From Pseudodesulfovibrio piezophilus C1TLV30 (GTDB lineage: Bacteria; Desulfobacterota; Desulfovibrionia; Desulfovibrionales; Desulfovibrionaceae): a stretch of 32,000 nt of DNA. Within the stretch, counting starts at the first letter, position 1; every line of letters starts with the position of its first letter. Location of the stretch: the NCBI RefSeq assembly GCF_000341895.1, contig NC_020409.1, positions 1,350,001-1,382,000 on the forward strand, in the 5' to 3' direction. Positions 31,491 through 32,000 of the stretch are shown in pieces. The translations under genes and the position numbers were made by a program. Below the pieces are notes generated by a model. That model made no database searches, was not told the DNA's origin, and saw only the letters and a program-made list of their open reading frames with translations.

Positions 31491-32000
31491 TCAGACCTTG
31501 ATTTTCCCGACGCGGATGATGTGATACAGGCAGATCCCGACGCCGAAAGCCCATGCGAGATTACTGATCAACGTAATAGCGAGCATGAGTACGACCACGA
31601 AAAGATCGGACCGAGAACTCATATCCATGATCGCCAAAGTCAATTGTGCGCCGGAGAAAAAGAGCAAAGCCCCAAGAACCCCCATAGGCAGGAGATGCAA
31701 GACATTGGCCGCTCCCGGTCCATAAAGAAGAGCCAGGAGAATGAAACCACCGCCAATAATCATGTTCGACCCACTTGTTCTGGCCCCGAAGCGATAGTGG
31801 GCAGCCAACCCGCCAGCACCATGGCAAACCGGCATTCCGCCCACCATGACGGAGAACAAATTGGCCAACCCCATGCTCATGCACAAGGCTCGATCCGTGA
31901 CACGCCGACTCTCCCGCCCGAAGTATTCAAAGCTCAAATCACGATTACCAATAACGGCATTGCCCATGGTCATGGGGATTTGGGGGAGCACCAGCACCAG
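31491..32000 (-). CDS. Partial CDS (C-terminal about 169 aa; N-terminus lies beyond the right edge): MOT1-type (SulP-related) putative molybdate/sulfate transporter
   Basis: GGMPVCHGAGGLAAHYRFGARTSGS and LPMGVLGALLFFSGAQL match the MOT1-family hallmark (MP.CHGAGGLA.QY.FG.R.G). The frame is open to the window edge. Confidence 0.75.
   Translation of the reverse strand: MVLVLPQIPMTMGNAVIGNRDLSFEYFGRESRRVTDRALCMSMGLANLFSVMVGGMPVCHGAGGLAAHYRFGARTSGSNMIIGGGFILLALLYGPGAANVLHLLPMGVLGALLFFSGAQLTLAIMDMSSRSDLFVVVLMLAITLISNLAWAFGVGICLYHIIRVGKIKV

Overview
The window has two parts. Part 1 (about 1-10,755) is the tRNA-proximal portion of an integrative genomic island. It sits at the 3' end of a tRNA-Ala(GGC) gene (10756-10831, minus strand), and its left border lies outside the window. 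Reading leftwards from the tRNA, the island carries: (a) a tyrosine integrase and an excisionase-type HTH gene; (b) about 700 bp of ORF-poor DNA holding an AT-rich palindrome cluster and a GC-rich hairpin-rich leader; (c) a restriction-modification-type controller (C) protein with an upstream C-box-like operator but no R-M genes; (d) a divergent zinc-ribbon membrane protein containing a perfect 24-bp tandem duplication; (e) a three-gene cassette of a soluble T4CP/TraG-like P-loop ATPase, a small Cys-cluster protein and a serine-recombinase homologue that lacks the catalytic Ser; (f) a minus-strand operon headed by a clear HlyC/CyaC-family toxin-activating acyltransferase, followed not by an RTX toxin but by three small coupled genes (a 35-aa peptide, a 79-aa two-TM protein and a 129-aa Gly-rich G-[AG]-K repeat protein); (g) an intact IS3-family element with a textbook -1 frameshift site; (h) an edge-truncated gene ending in a papain-fold amidase-like domain. 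Part 2 (10,832-32,000) is ordinary core chromosome, with gene content suggestive of a Desulfovibrio-like sulfate reducer (tentative). It contains Dpp/Opp-type permeases, GNATs, recN, a MarC-family protein, a thioesterase, a nitroreductase, an MBL hydrolase, a flavoprotein, comF, rplU-rpmA-obg, an orphan 586-aa repeat protein, CMD/LysR, proB, an MFS transporter, a DUF1566 protein, PadR, and a molybdenum-storage-protein-like gene beside a MOT1-type transporter. The best candidates for an undescribed system are the RTX-less HlyC operon, the ATPase / Cys-cluster / dead-resolvase cassette, and the orphan C-protein module. All family calls come from motif recognition by eye. No searches were run.
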